Shown here one piece after another: positions 38,901 to 52,237 of a stretch of DNA of 64,000 bases. The notes below the pieces were generated by a model that was given only the letters and a program-made list of their open reading frames with translations, was not told the origin of the DNA and did not search any database. The position numbers were made by a program, and so were the translations under genes. The DNA is from Octopus sinensis (taxonomy: Eukaryota), in the NCBI RefSeq assembly GCF_006345805.1, contig NC_043003.1:53196001-53260000 (forward strand). Reading direction: 5' to 3'. Numbering within the stretch: position 1 is the stretch's first letter; every line of letters starts with the position of its first letter.

Positions 38901-39977
38901 GTTTCTTTTTTGTACTACTGCCTTCAACCCCACTTAATGGTTTCCTAGTAGACGTTCTGAATCGTAAATAAATCCAGAAGTGGCCGAAGTCAGTCGACAG
39001 GAACTGTTTTGTGAAAGCAAAACCTCTTCTCAGATATAAGAATGAAATTGAGATGAAAAGATGAGGGAGTGAGGTGAGAGAAAGTTGAAGGGTTTCTAGG
39101 TTCATGGGCGGTCGTCCCTTGCATTTCTGACTCAAGACATAAAACTCCAAGCGCCGGTCTTTAGTGTCTGTACCTATATTTCCAACAAATGAGATGTCGG
39201 TTTGTTTATATCCCCGCAAAAGAAAACAGACCGACAAAATTAAGTACCAGGCTTAGAGTACTGGGGTTGATTTTTTCAACCAAACCCTTCAAAACGGTAT
39301 CTCAGTATGGCTACAATCGAATGATTAAAACAAGTACAAGAATTAAATTACATCAACTATTTATCAGCATACACTCACACACACGTATTTTTATATCATA
39401 TCTATACGGTCACCAGAAGATGCTGCGTGCAAATCGCGCATGCGATATTACAACTTTTACCGTTTTATTCATCTATATTATTAAATGTATAATAATATAT
39501 CTTTGTGGCTACTTCGTCTAAAAGCTTATTCGGGGATTGACTGGGATTAATCTAACTTGTGGTGTAATAGTTAACATAGCTCTACTTTACGATTTACACT
39601 AAACGCAGCGTTAGAATCCAACAAGCAATGTAACTACTTCTATTCAAATATATATGTATGTGTGTGTGTGTGTGTGTGTGTGTACATATGTATATGTATG
39701 CATTCATATATGTATGTATATGTGTAGATGCTTCGTGGTATTTAGATCACGCCTTTACTTTTTCAGTGTAAAGCCCTGTAAGGCCTTACTATAGTCGATA
39801 AAACAAGTATCATTAATAAATTCTGTCCTACTATATTTATTATACCGTTTCCTTTTAGGACTTATATCTCTTGTAAAAATCAATATATTTAATCGAAATG
39901 TCAAAAATAAATATTACGGCAATTAAATGAAAATTTATCAGAATAAGACACCATTATTTAGATAGATAGATAGAATA

Positions 39978-40412
39978 CTCCTTTACTTGTTTGAGTCAAT
40001 TGACTGCAGCCATGATGGAGCACTGTCGTAAGTTGTAAGCTTAGTACTTATTTTATCGGTCTTTTTGCCGAACCGCTGTCGAATATTTTTCTCTTTCTTG
40101 TATCAGCCATTGGACTGTGACTTGCTGAGGCACCACCATGGAGGTTTTTAGTCGAACAAATTGACGTAAAAAGCCTACACTGGTTGTTAGGCGGGGTAGG
40201 GTGGTAGAACAAGTACGAAGTTACATATACACACATATATGACAGGTTACTTTCAGTTTCCGTCTACCAAATTAACTTAAATGGCATTGGTCGTCCCGGG
40301 ATTATGGTAGAAGACACTTGCCAAAAGTGCTGCACAGTGGCAGTACTTTTGGCAAGCACTCAAGACCCACGTGATTGCAGAGCGAGTTCCTTAACCAAAC
40401 AGCCATGCCTAC
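39978..40412 (-). mobile_element. Diverged SINE family B
   Basis: Reverse-complement head and tail motifs. Confidence 0.7.
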
Positions 40413-41190
40413 TCCTATAGCCATGCCAGCAGACCATCTCTGAAGTGAATGTTAAATATAAGATTTAAGTTCGAATCCTATTCTTTTTGAACATAGAATG
40501 TTAAAAAGCCGAATGAAATTTGGTAGATTTTAAAATGAGGAAATTTAGTCATGAACCTTTTCCGGTCAACAAAACAATGTTCTACGTTACATTGAATGTT
40601 ATGGAGGGAGGAAACTGGCAATACATACTCCTTTCTACTATAGACATAAGGCCTGAAACTTTGGGGGAGGCAACTAGTCAATAACATCGACCCCAGTGTT
40701 TCTCTGGTATTTAATATATCGACCCCGCAAAAGATGAAAAGCAAAGTCGACCTCGGCGGAATTTGAATTCAGAACGTAGCAACGTGCCACAATCAGGAAC
40801 TATTTATTGTTTCATCGTGTTAAGGCGGCGAAATGCTTAGCGGTATTTCGTCTGCCGCTACGTTCTGAGTTCAAATTCCGCCGAGGTCGACTTTGCCTTT
40901 CATCCTTTCGGGGTCGATTAAATAAGTACCAGTTACGCACTGAGGTCGATATAATCGACTTAATCCGTTTGTCTGTCCTTGCTTGTCCTCTGGGTGTTTA
41001 GCCTCTTGTGGGTAGTAAAGAAATAGGTATTTCGTCTGTCTTTACGTTCCGAGTTCAAATTCCGCCGAGGTCGACTTTGCCTTTCATCCTTTCGGGATCT
41101 ATAAATTAAGTACCAGTTGCGTACTGTGGTCGATCTAATCGACTGGCCCCCTCCCCAAAAATTTCGGGCCTTGTGCCAAGAGTAGAAAAG

Positions 41191-41331
41191 TACTATTTTA
41201 ACTCAACTGGCGCACCTCCTCAACATCGTGCCAGCCCACATAAATGAGGAAAGTGATTTTTACGGCATTCAAACGGTTCCTAGATGATTACCTCCAACAA
41301 ATACGAAACTAACCACACACGCCCGGACTTT
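41191..41331 (+). mobile_element. CR1-group LINE fragment homologous to 15843-15981
   Basis: Encodes FKRFLDDYLQQIRN*PHTPG and aligns by eye with the reverse complement of 15843-15981. Confidence 0.75.
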
Positions 41332-43020
41332 GAAAATTAAGAGATGGAATATCTTAATGAAAATATATTAATTTAAAATTAATTTTAAAATATAATGCAT
41401 TATTTATTTGCTTCAATCAGACATTTTACTCATGCTTGGAGTACCACCATTAATTCACATGCATAATTTTTTTTTTCACTTTTATTGGACACATATTTTA
41501 TATCACTTCACAATATAATTCTAGAGTCAGATGTATAAAGTTTGTTTTAAAACTTACTATTATACTTATTGGTTAAATTTTAAATGATTTCACTTTAAAA
41601 GTTTATTCTCGAAAGCAAATCTTATATATTCGGGGGGCGGGGCAACTTCTGAGAAGGCATTTAAACAAACAAAAATAAGTAAACATTCAGGAAAAACAAA
41701 TTAGCGACAGTTTTTGACATGACTTGGGAAAATTACGGAAGGTATTTGAATTAAACCAACAACAAAATAAATTAGCGACCTGGCAACGGGTTGACAAAAA
41801 TCCTGTGTTAAATATATAAACAAATTTGACCTTTGCTGCGACTCGATCCATCGATATCGTCCCAATTTATAACATCAACATATACCGTTACTGAGCAACT
41901 GCGAAATCTGTTCAAATAGACTGAAGCAGTCTCTAAACAAAATGGTAGGGTATTGATCAAATCTCGAATCTAGACGAAAAGACACGTGTAAAGAATGTGC
42001 CGGTAAAGGAACAGTTTAATCCTTTAACCACGTTCATAAATGTAGACTCGTTGTATTGATATGCTAATAAGAATGACCTTCGAGTAAATATATCTCTGCA
42101 TTCGAGACAAATGTGTATCTGAACTGTTTTTGTTCCTATTATGAATAATGGCATGATGACAGGTTGTCTTGCAATTGATTGATTCTGTTATCATAGAGTG
42201 TAGCATTTCAAAGGGGATCAAAATATTCTTTTCTACTCTAGGCACAAGGCCCGAAATTTGGGGGGAGGTGTGGGCAGTCGATTAGATCGACTCCAGTACG
42301 TAACTGGTACTTAATTTATCGACCCCGAAAGGATGAAAGACAAAGTCGACGTCGGCGGAAGTTGAACTCAGAACGTAAAGACAGACGAAATACCTATTTC
42401 TTTACTACCCACAAGGAGCTAAACACAGAGGGGACAAACAAGGACAGACAGACGGATTAAGTCGATTATATCGACTCCAGTGCGTAACTGGTACTTATTT
42501 AATTGACCCCGAAAGGATGAAAGGCAAAGTCGACCTCGGCGGAAATTGAACTTAGAACGTAGCGGCAGACGAAACACTGCTAAGCATTTCGCCCGGCGTG
42601 CTAACGATTTTGCCAGCTCGCCGCCTTAAGGAGATCAAAATATTGAATAGGTTTGGCTGTGTGCTTAAAAAGGTCGATTAGCAACCATGTGGTTTTGGGT
42701 TTAGTCCCACTGCATGGTACCTTGGGCAAGTGTCTTCTATTATAGCCCCGAGCAGATCAAAGCCTTGAGAATGACTTGTGTTTCAAGCCCATCGTATGAT
42801 CGACCCAAGTACTCAACTGGTACTTAATTCATCGACCCCGAAAGGATGAAAGGCAAAGTCGACCTCGGCAAAATTTGAACTCAGAACGTAGCGACGGGCG
42901 AAATACCGATATGCATTTTGCATTCTGCCAGCTCGCCACCTTTAAACAACAACAACAACAACAACAACAATAAACTGAAGTGGGGGATTCATTTTAATTG
43001 TCAATGTATAAGGTAATAAG

Positions 43021-43230
43021 TGGAGGTGCGTGGCTTAGTGGTTAGGGCCTTGGACTTATGATCGTAAGATTGTGGTTTCGATTCCTGGACCGGGCGAACG
43101 TTGTTCCAGTCCACTCAGCTGACAAAAATGAGTAATCTGGCGTCCCGTCCAGGTGGAGAATATATACGCCATGGAGACTGGGAAACCGGCCCTTATGAGT
43201 CTATGTGACTCGAGAAGGAACTTTACTTTG
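43021..43230 (+). mobile_element. tRNA-derived SINE with reduced CORE-like body + tail T2
   Basis: Head TGGCTTAGTGG..GGTTTCGATTCC, CCAGTCCACTCAGCTG..AAAATGAGTA, tail as at 32060-32150. Confidence 0.75.
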
Positions 43231-43475
43231 TACTATAAAGTAAGAAAGTCACTGCCGGGTTGCAGTTTAACACCAGGAGAGTGTCTTGATGGCATAGATT
43301 TGTTACAATAGCACAGTAACTGATTGCTGTATATATTATGTAAATGAACCATTAGTGCTTTCACTAGAGCCACAAGTCATCGGATTTTTCATATTGTTAG
43401 AGCTCTGGTGATAGAGACGGTGGACTGGCAGAAAGAGCAGAGTGAAGAACAACTATCTTGCGGTATTCAGATACA

Positions 43476-43709
43476 ATAGGCGGCGAGCTGGCAGAAACGT
43501 TAGCACACCGGGCAAAATGCGTAGCCGTATTTCGTCTGCCGTTACGTTCTGAGTTCAAATTACGCCGGGGTCGACTTTGCCTTTCATCCTTTCGGGGTCG
43601 ATTAAATAAGTACCAGTTACGCACTGTGGTCGAAATAATCGACTTAATCCCTTTGTCTGTCCTTGTTTGTCCTCTCTGTGTTTAGCTCCTTGTGGGTAGT
43701 TAAGAAATA
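43476..43709 (+). mobile_element. SINE family A monomer with 14-bp TSD
   Basis: TSD GGTATTCAGATACA at 43462-43475 and 43710-43723. Confidence 0.9.
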
Positions 43710-46700
43710 GGTATTCAGATACATCTTATGTTCTGCGTTAAAAAGGCGGCGAGCTGGCAGAATCGTTAGCACGCCGGGAAAAATGCTTAGCGGTATTTCG
43801 TCTGCCGTTACGTTCTGAGTTCAAATTACGCCGGGGTCGACTTTGCCTTTCATCCTTTCGGGGTCGATTAAATAAGTACCAGTTACGCACTGGGGTCGAT
43901 ATAATCGACTTAATCCCTTTGTCTGTCCTTGTTTGTCTCCTCTGTGTTTAGCCCCATGTGGGTAGTAAAGAAATGGGTATTTCTTCTGTCTTTATGTTCT
44001 GAGTTCAAATTTCGCCGAGGTCGACTTTGCCTTTCATCCTTTCGGGGTCGATAAATTAAGTACCATTGAAACACTGAGGTCGATGTAATCGATTATCCCC
44101 TTTACCAAATTTCTGACCTTGTGCCGATTGTAGGATGGATTATGTTCTACGTTAAAATGTATCCGGAGTCGACTAATCAAATACTGGTGTCGATTAAAAC
44201 GTTCTGAGGTTTGTGTCTACGTTAAAAACTAATATTCATAATTGTGAAAGGATGGTGGAGAAGCTGAAACAATACAGTGCGAGACTAAATGCAGTGCAGC
44301 ATTTAGTTCCGTATAAGTATGTTCTGAGTTAGTAACCTGCAGAGATCTTGGCTTTTAATTCCTCCAGACGCGATAAAATAAATATCTGTAATATATTGAT
44401 TTCCAATTTTGGTACAAAGCCAGCAATTTCGGGGGAGGATAGCATCGACCCTGGTGCTTAGCTGGTGCTTATTTTATCGACCCCGAAAGGATGACGGGTA
44501 CAGTCGATCTTGGCGGAATTTGAACTCAGAACGTAAAGACGTACAAAATACTACTACTAAGTATTTCCCCCGGTGTGCTAACGATTCTGCCAACTCGCCG
44601 CCTTCAGTATCTACTATATTGCAATGAATTCGATTAACTATATCATCATTATATGCGTGTCCGCCAGACTACTTTCGAAGTAAAACAATTATATTTGTGC
44701 ATCCGTCACCAATCCAAATAAAAATATGATCGCGTCACCGAAGCAGCCCGCGCGCAGTCACTCGAAATGGTAGCTAAATCACCCATAAGCCACACCTCGC
44801 TATCTAAATAAAAGGGAGAGAATTTTTTTAACAATAAGTTCGTGCTATACCAAAAAATACGGAGTAGCCGTGGCTGGAACACCTTTCAAATTATGCTTAG
44901 CATGTCGAGTAACCCATATAGCGGCTCCTTTGTTATACAAGTTATTATGTTTGGTAATAAATCTATTGTTGTATTTCCCAGTGAAACAGTATGTATCAGA
45001 ATCCTCCTTCCCCAATATCTTTATTCCTAGTGACGTGAAGGTATAGAAGGGTTCTGATACATATGGTTTCTCTATGGATATTATGACTGAACATCAATGC
45101 AAGATATAGCAATATTATCAAACACAACAAATGCTTTCGCAAACAAACCACAAAGCTTTTAATTTACTGACCCAAAACTTACGACACCTGTTCGTTTTAA
45201 CTGAAAATATATTACTGTAGATATAAGAAATCTACTGATGTTGACAATGTGCTCGCTTGGCGGTTGCGGTGCGTTGTTTATCATTTGTTATTCTTTTATA
45301 CCTTCCACGGTCGACTTTCCGTTGTTTTTCGATAACGCACCTGCTAATGTTCTTCTTTGGTAAAGACGTCAAAAAGAAAAAATGGAAAGAAAGGGGGGAA
45401 AAAAAAGGAACGACAAAAAAAGAAGAAAGAAAAAAGTTATTATATCAAATAACTAATCAATAGAATTTCAAGAGTAGCACCTAAAAAAATAAGGTTATCG
45501 CAGTCATCTAAGTAAAGAACAAACATCAAGCTGTGCGACTGCTGAGATCTTACTCAGTTGTATGTAGAGGGTTGGGTATGCAGATGAAAATATATGTAAA
45601 GGTGCCACAGTATCATTTTTACATTGACGTATCGGATTTGATTAAGACTTTTTGTTTTAAGCGGACACGGCCTAACAAATCTGATGAGAGTATAGATACA
45701 ATCAATAAATGGTTGAAAAGTCACCAAAATAAAGTATGAAAAAAATATAATAGAAGATATACTTAAGGTACTTTGTGTAAAGAGCCAAATGGTGTTGTGT
45801 ATTATCGCAACAAAATACCTCACAACATTATGAGAGATGGCGTTGTTGTAAATGTACGAGTAATATAAATAAATCTGGGCGGAATTCGAGTGTGTTAAAT
45901 CTAAATATATAGGCAATTAGGATTATAATTAATATTGTACAAAAAAAGACTGTGTGGTGTATGTAAGGTAAAGGAGATAGTGCTAGGCAGTCCTGGTATG
46001 TATGGAAGTGCAGTGAACCCACGAGTAAAGCGGCAAATATATAAGACTGGAGTGCAATTATGACAGTATGAAATTATGCCTCTTCCGAAAACAAAGTGAA
46101 CACTAATGTACTTAAAATTTTTATTGTAATTTAATTAAAATCCATGGTTATCTCCCTTGACTTACTTTACCAGAATTAATTATGGTGTTTTTTTGTTGTT
46201 GTTTTTTACCTCTCCTCATACAGAGTATAATTTTGATAAACATTTTCACTGCGAAATTAAATTTCATGGTTATTCCCGTAATGATGTTAATTAGCCGCCA
46301 AAACCAAAATTGGTATTTTCTGCTTCTACCATTTTTTTCACTATCTCCTGTTACGTATGGATTTTATACCCGACATTAAAAGTATTTCATGTTTGCATTG
46401 TAAAGGAATATGAAATGGTCATGGCTGAAATATCATTGATTAGAGACGTGTCAGATCAGGGTTGACCTGAGTTTAAAAACAGAAGATGTGATAGGTGATC
46501 AACGAAACCAAAATACTTTTCATAATTAATTTTCTCTAGTTTTCTAATTGCTTCTACGTTCTTATATCTATATCATACATTTTTTTCTACGTGGGTAGGA
46601 GTTCCCCCTCAATAGACTATCCGCATCAGGAAATAACGAAACTGCGGTCCAATCGACTGCTATGACATCTTCAAATCTACCTTAAAAATACCCCTTCAAG

Positions 46701-47171
46701 AAACACTTATTTAAACGTGTTAGGAAGCTGGTTTTGAATATTGAACTGACATGGTTGTTACTGATGCAGGTATCATCTCTAATCGTGTTGCTCTAAGACT
46801 AAAGGCCATGACTAACTTGTTCATACATTGTGTAACTAGGAATTCATCATCTAATTCGTTCTTCCATTCAAGAGTCCTCGATATAGAGTCCTGTATAAGC
46901 ATACCCGCACACACACACACACACACATACACACACACACACGCACAAACGCACACACACTCACACACATACAAACACACACATATGACGGGTTCCTGCG
47001 CATTGCCTTCAACGAATTTACTCTACTTGGGAGTATAAAAGAAGATACTTGCCCAATATACATCCCAAAGCCACGTAGTAAGTGTGAAACGCATTATCTA
47101 GCAACACAGTCATGCCTGCGCATGTATATATATATATACTTTATTTAAAAACAGTAGAAATATAACAAAAG

Positions 47172-47208
47172 CTGTTACTCGGAGTTTCACGTTCCCGTCG
47201 TCGGACAG
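47172..47208 (-). ncRNA. Hammerhead ribozyme motif, minus-strand arm (1-nt deletion in stem II)
   Basis: Reverse complement reads CTGT-CCGACGA-CG GGAA CGT-GAA-ACTC C GAGT-A-ACAG. Confidence 0.55.
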
Positions 47209-47224
47209 TTTTGTTAACAAAACA

Positions 47225-47262
47225 CTGTCCGACGAACGGGAACGTGAAACTCTGAGTAACAG
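47225..47262 (+). ncRNA. Minimal type I hammerhead ribozyme motif (U4C variant)
   Basis: CTGT-CCGACGA-ACG GGAA CGT-GAA-ACTC T GAGT-A-ACAG: stem I CTGT/ACAG, stem II ACG/CGT, stem III ACTC/GAGT, GUA triplet. Confidence 0.7.
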
Positions 47263-47399
47263 CTTTTGTTATATTTCTGCTACTTTTAAATAAAGTATAT
47301 TACTCTACCTCTGGTATTTGAGTACTCTTTTTTCCACTTTGTTTCAAATTTATGTGCTTACTCCGGTATGTATATATAAACAACTTCCTTGCAAGTGAT

Positions 47400-48904
47400 A
47401 AGCTCCCGAGAAAACTGAAGGAGAGAATGATATGGCCGATTCAAAATGGAGGGAACAGGATAGATGCTAAAAAACTATAGGTCTATTTCTCTGACCTCAC
47501 ACATCAGCAAAGTCATAGAACGAGACGTCCGAAGGAAACCAATTACATTCCTTGAAGAGAATGACTTGCTGATTGACATTCAGCAAGGCTTTCGTCTGAC
47601 ACAGCTCTTGCAGCGCTAAGACTTGGTGCTAAAGCAGCTGCTCAACAGCTCAAATGTGAACGTGATATATCTCGACTTTTCAAAAACCTTTGATAAAGTT
47701 GTCTATTGTGTGATAAGTCACAAGCTGCGTAATCTCGGCGTAGTCGGACAACTTGAAGAATGACTGCATGGCTTTCGAAAAGATAAAAACCAGGTAGTAG
47801 TAGTCAACGGGGTTGCCACCAAGGAAACGCAAATAATGAGTGGCGTCCCACGGTGCACTCTCTTAGGACCACTGCTATTTAATAGTGGCCCTCTTAGATA
47901 TGCCCTCAGTTGCTCAGATAGCCACCTTTGCTAGTTATGCAGATGATGCAAAGGTCTCTCAGAGGGTACAGAACCCTGGAGACGTTGCGCATCTCTCAAC
48001 AGGAGTTGGACACAATATACAGGTGAACTGAGGAAAATAGCATGCAGTTTGATGCTGGAGAATTCCAAGCCCCGCGCTACAATCACACGAAGCTAAATGA
48101 AAAGCAGACAGGTTACACTGACCCAGAAGGGATTGAAATCCCTGAATCAAAATCAGTGCGCAACCTGAGGTTTGACATGAGTAATGATGCATCTTTTCAG
48201 GCGCATATTACTAAATTGGTGAGAAAATGCAGGATATTGGCCGGATGGAACCTTAGAACTTTCAGAACGAGAAACAGGAAACGATGATGGTTCTCTGGAG
48301 GACATTTGTCCTTAACTGTTTAGATAGCTGCTTCCAACTATGGTCACCACACTGTAAAATTAACGATGGAACACGAAGCAATCCAGCAAAGCTACACAAA
48401 GACGATTGTCTCAATGCGACATATCAGCTACTGGGTGAGACTGAAAGAGTTAAGGCTCTACTCCCTAGAACGAAGGCGGGAATGATATGCAGTAATATGC
48501 ACATGGGAAATCGTAGAACTTGTATCTAACTTTGGCCTTGTAAGTTACACCAACAGCAGAACGGGGTGCCACTGCATATTAACAAAAGTCCAAAAATTGC
48601 CATTAGGATACAGAATCAGATACCGCAACAGCTTGTGTTTCAAGGGCCCAGAACTCTTCAAAATCCTCCCACAATGCCTGCGGGACCTACATGGGGTGAA
48701 TGTAGGCGTCTTCAAAACAAAACTGGATCTCTTCCTGTTAAGATTTCTGGATGAACTTACCTCGCGTAGGTAAGGACAGCAACATCAAACTCCTTCGTTC
48801 ATCAAATCCCTCACATCAGAGGAGGTTTAATAAAAGTATAGCAAAGCTAATGGCAGTACCCCAGCATGGCCGCAGCTCTCGAGCTAAAACTAGTAAAGAA
48901 AGTA
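47400..48904 (+). mobile_element. 5'-truncated, decayed CR1/L2-group LINE (RT pseudogene + intact 3' end)
   Basis: KNYRSISLTSHISKVIER, IYLDFSKTFDKV, SGVP..LGPLLF, SYADDAKV, LWRTFVL..LDSCFQLWSP, FQGPRLFKILP. 3' end GGCAGTACCCCAGCATGGCCGCAGCTCTCGAGCTAAAACTAG. Confidence 0.9.
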
Positions 48905-49009
48905 TATGTATGTACGTACGTATGTATGTATGTATGTATGTATGTATGTATGTATGTATGTATGTATGTATGTATGTATGTATGTATGTATGTATGCATA
49001 TGTACGTAT

Positions 49010-50200
49010 CTATGTCATTATTAAATTTTATTTCAAAGATTTCTTGCCAAAAGAGAAGGAGCTGGTTTCTAACCTACATCCAAGGCCCCTTTATTGGAAT
49101 TTCAACAACATCAACAGGATAGTTTTGCATATATGTGTGCATATGTGCAGTATTTGGAGACAGTGCATGTGCATATTTTCATGTTTTGCTTTATGTATTC
49201 TTACGGATATACTTGCATATCTAGACATACTCATATATATACTTGATAAACTTCTGGAAAGTTTTACAAATTTTTGCAGTTCCAGTGATGGCTTGAATTT
49301 GTAGTCTTCGAATTAGCTTTCTCCTTTCTGGTTTTGGAAAGCCTAATTTCTTAAGATTGGTACACAGGCAGTGTGTTATATTTCTCAGTGTCCCAATAAT
49401 TACAGGTATAAACCTGAACTTGTAATCTGGGTAGAGTAACTGTAGAGTTTTCAATAGTTCAGTGTAGGTATTTTCTTTTTTGCTGATCGTTAGCTTTATG
49501 TTCACATCCACAGAGCACCTAATTTTCACTTCTGTAAACAGTTTCTCTTCTCTGTCCCAAATCACTATGTCAGGTTTATTATGCTTACATTTTATTAAGG
49601 GTTTCACTGAGACATTCCACCAGTCCACCTGCTAATTATGAGTGGCTATGGTCTCTACCATACTGTGGGTTGTTATTTCTTTGACCTCAGGATTATTCTT
49701 CCGACGGATCTCATTATAGTGTCTTAACTACAACATCATGTCTCATCGGTAGATAATACTGCGATGACATTTTTGGACAACTGCTTATGATGTAGATGAT
49801 ATATTTGGTGTTAACTCCACAAAGTCTATAACGGTTATCACATTTTGATACTTTTCCTGCGCATCTGTCCCTTTTGGGCGTCAGATATTTCCTGAATTGC
49901 AAACACATACCCTTCAAAGTAGGAGTTAGTAATCCTGTTGTTGGTACATGATAGACTGTTTTGATTATCAATGTTACTATCATCCCGGATCTTTCTGCGG
50001 ACATATCCATGCATATCTTCTGCTGATATACGTTCAGCCTTTCATCTGAGGATGCACTTTGTTAGAGTCGTGCGGCTTCTTTGGGCATGTATTTAAGGTT
50101 TATCAAATAAGGAATGTTGTTCAAGGAGCTGCTTTCTAAGTCTCACGATGTTATCTGCCTCTCGTGTCTGCAAATTTAGTCAAGGGATCCACTACTACAC
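49010..50200 (-). mobile_element. RLE-type non-LTR retrotransposon 3' part ending in (CATA)n
   Basis: Minus-strand ORF pieces SSCPKMSSQYYLPMRHDVV and WWNVSVK..HNKPDIVIWD..IPVIIG..GTAKICKTF (zinc knuckle + PD-(D/E)xK RLE). 3' end runs into (TATG)n at 48905-49000. Confidence 0.85.
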
Positions 50201-50913
50201 TTGGTGCTTAAAAGATGTTGCTGAAGGAATATGATATGACATTTGAAGACAGTCAGGGTCGATGTTAAGTTTTTGCTACCTTGTTTTTATTTCAGGTAAA
50301 ATCAAAATAAAATTGAATATGTGTTTTTTTTCTTTGAAGTGTTACTGTTAAAACTGCTCGTAATGTTTTTGTGCCTTTGTAACTTATTTTCTTTTTCTGT
50401 CGTTTCTTTCATTCGGAACTATGTTTAAAAATTTCAACAAATTTTTCTGAATTCTTTTCAATGACATTTACTTTTTTTTCTGCTATATATCCCAATATTA
50501 TGCAATTTCAATTTATATTCGCATGTTTGCACGAAACAGCGATTGAATCCCGTATGTAGCTTCACACAACTTGCACGCACGCGCGCACGTTTGTGTTCGT
50601 ATATGTATGACAAATGAATGGATGGATAGAAAGTTGAATGGATGGACGGACGGACGGACGGACGGACGAAGGGGCGGGCGGACGGACGGACGGACTGACG
50701 GACGGATGAACTGTGTGCAGGTAACCTGAAGGTAATCTAACCAAAGCACTAAAAACTCGGATAATTTGCCATCTTTCCATCTATATCATATAATTTATCA
50801 TCACTCATGATACATATTGTCAATATGTTTATCCATAAACAAATATAAAGCGTATCAATCTATGTATATGTATGTTTGTATGTATGCACGTACGTATGAA
50901 TGTATTTATCTAT

Positions 50914-50993
<80 letters not shown>

Positions 50994-52158
50994 ATATCTA
51001 TATATAGGTATATAGGATAGGATATTTATATATTTCTACCGACAATAAATTTCATTTGAATTGAAATTCATTACTTTTTTGTGTCTCTACTTTTTTAAAC
51101 ATCTAACTGATAAAAAGTACATTTTCAAAGGATAAGATGGAAGTAGAAAGATCATTTACCCAGTGATTTTATAAATCAATAAGTATAAGAGAAGGAAATA
51201 CATTGGCAAAAATTCGAAATACGTTTTTAATTCGTTTTAAAACAATATAAGCAAATGCCTTGTCTACGCTGTTATGCCATAAAAAAAAGAGAGAGAGAGA
51301 GAGGTCGATTTTCAAATTTATCCTAAGCTTTCAAAGGTTATTGTCAAATGACTATTAAAAATTTATATAAATAGATCTTTGCTGAACGATGCCGTTTGAA
51401 TTGGCAACTAAAGAAAAAAGCCACTATGCCAGTAGTGGCTCCAAAGGAAGTGAAGTAAGATAGAGATAAGATTGGGGGGAGGAGGAGGAAGAGGTGGAGG
51501 AGGAGGAGGTGGAGGAGGAGGAGGAGGAGGAAGAAGAAGAAGAGGAGGACAAGTCTGTAGAAATGCAGTCAAATTACTTTTTATATTAGAATTGGTTGAA
51601 ATACTGCAGCCAATGGAGCGACTAATTCCAGCTAAAAACAGTTATTATGGTGTAATTAATTCTGAAATAGGTCAGCCAACCTTGTCAAATATTTGTTCGT
51701 GGACCTTTGACGTGCCTCATTGCTTTTTACCGTCTTTTTTAAACATTTAATACGAGTAAGAAGGTTTTTGTTAAATATCGAATCTCGGCTTTTGTATTAA
51801 ACTTCACCATTACTCCCACCATCACCACCATTACCACCACCATTACCACCACCATTACCACCACCATTACACCACCATCACCACTACTATCATTTTTCTC
51901 ACTTTTTCCTCCTCCCCACTTCATCCCCGTTATATTTCCTTATTAATACACACACTATATTCTTCCTATGTTCTCTCTCATTCACGGTTTCTAGTTTCCT
52001 TTTCTTTTTCCTCAAGATTTTTCTTTGCTCATTATTTATATTTTCTTCAGTTTCTCTTCCCCTTTACCCTCTGTTTTCTTGTTTTTGCTCTTTTCTATCT
52101 AAATCGCTAGAATTTCTCTCTTCTTCTCTCCCTATATTTCTCTTTCTCTTAGTTTCTC

Positions 52159-52237
<79 letters not shown>

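Larger units (their letters stand above)
40625..44605. repeat. Dense cluster of SINE-A monomers and dimers in alternating orientation
   Basis: Copies at about 40625-40790(-), 40823-41190(+ dimer), 42228-42630(- dimer), 42800-42940(-), 43476-43709(+), 43745-44130(+ dimer) and 44400-44605(-). Confidence 0.9.
47134..47370. mobile_element. Penelope-type pLTR fragment with a fold-back inversion, inserted in (TA)n
   Basis: Near-perfect 167-bp palindrome at 47134-47300, centred at 47215/47216, with an HHR motif in each arm; (TA)n on both sides. Confidence 0.8.

Noticed and set aside
39410-39460. CAGAAGATGC..GCATGCGATA hammerhead-like string
   Set aside because: Both core boxes are mutated and there is no stem I; compatible with chance.
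43476-44130. Regularly spaced direct repeats resembling a CRISPR array
   Set aside because: The repeats are 200-bp SINE units with no unique spacers, in a eukaryotic context without cas genes.
48042-49122. Short plus-strand ORFs as independent genes
   Set aside because: They are out-of-frame or broken pieces of the CR1-group LINE RT pseudogene running into (TATG)n.
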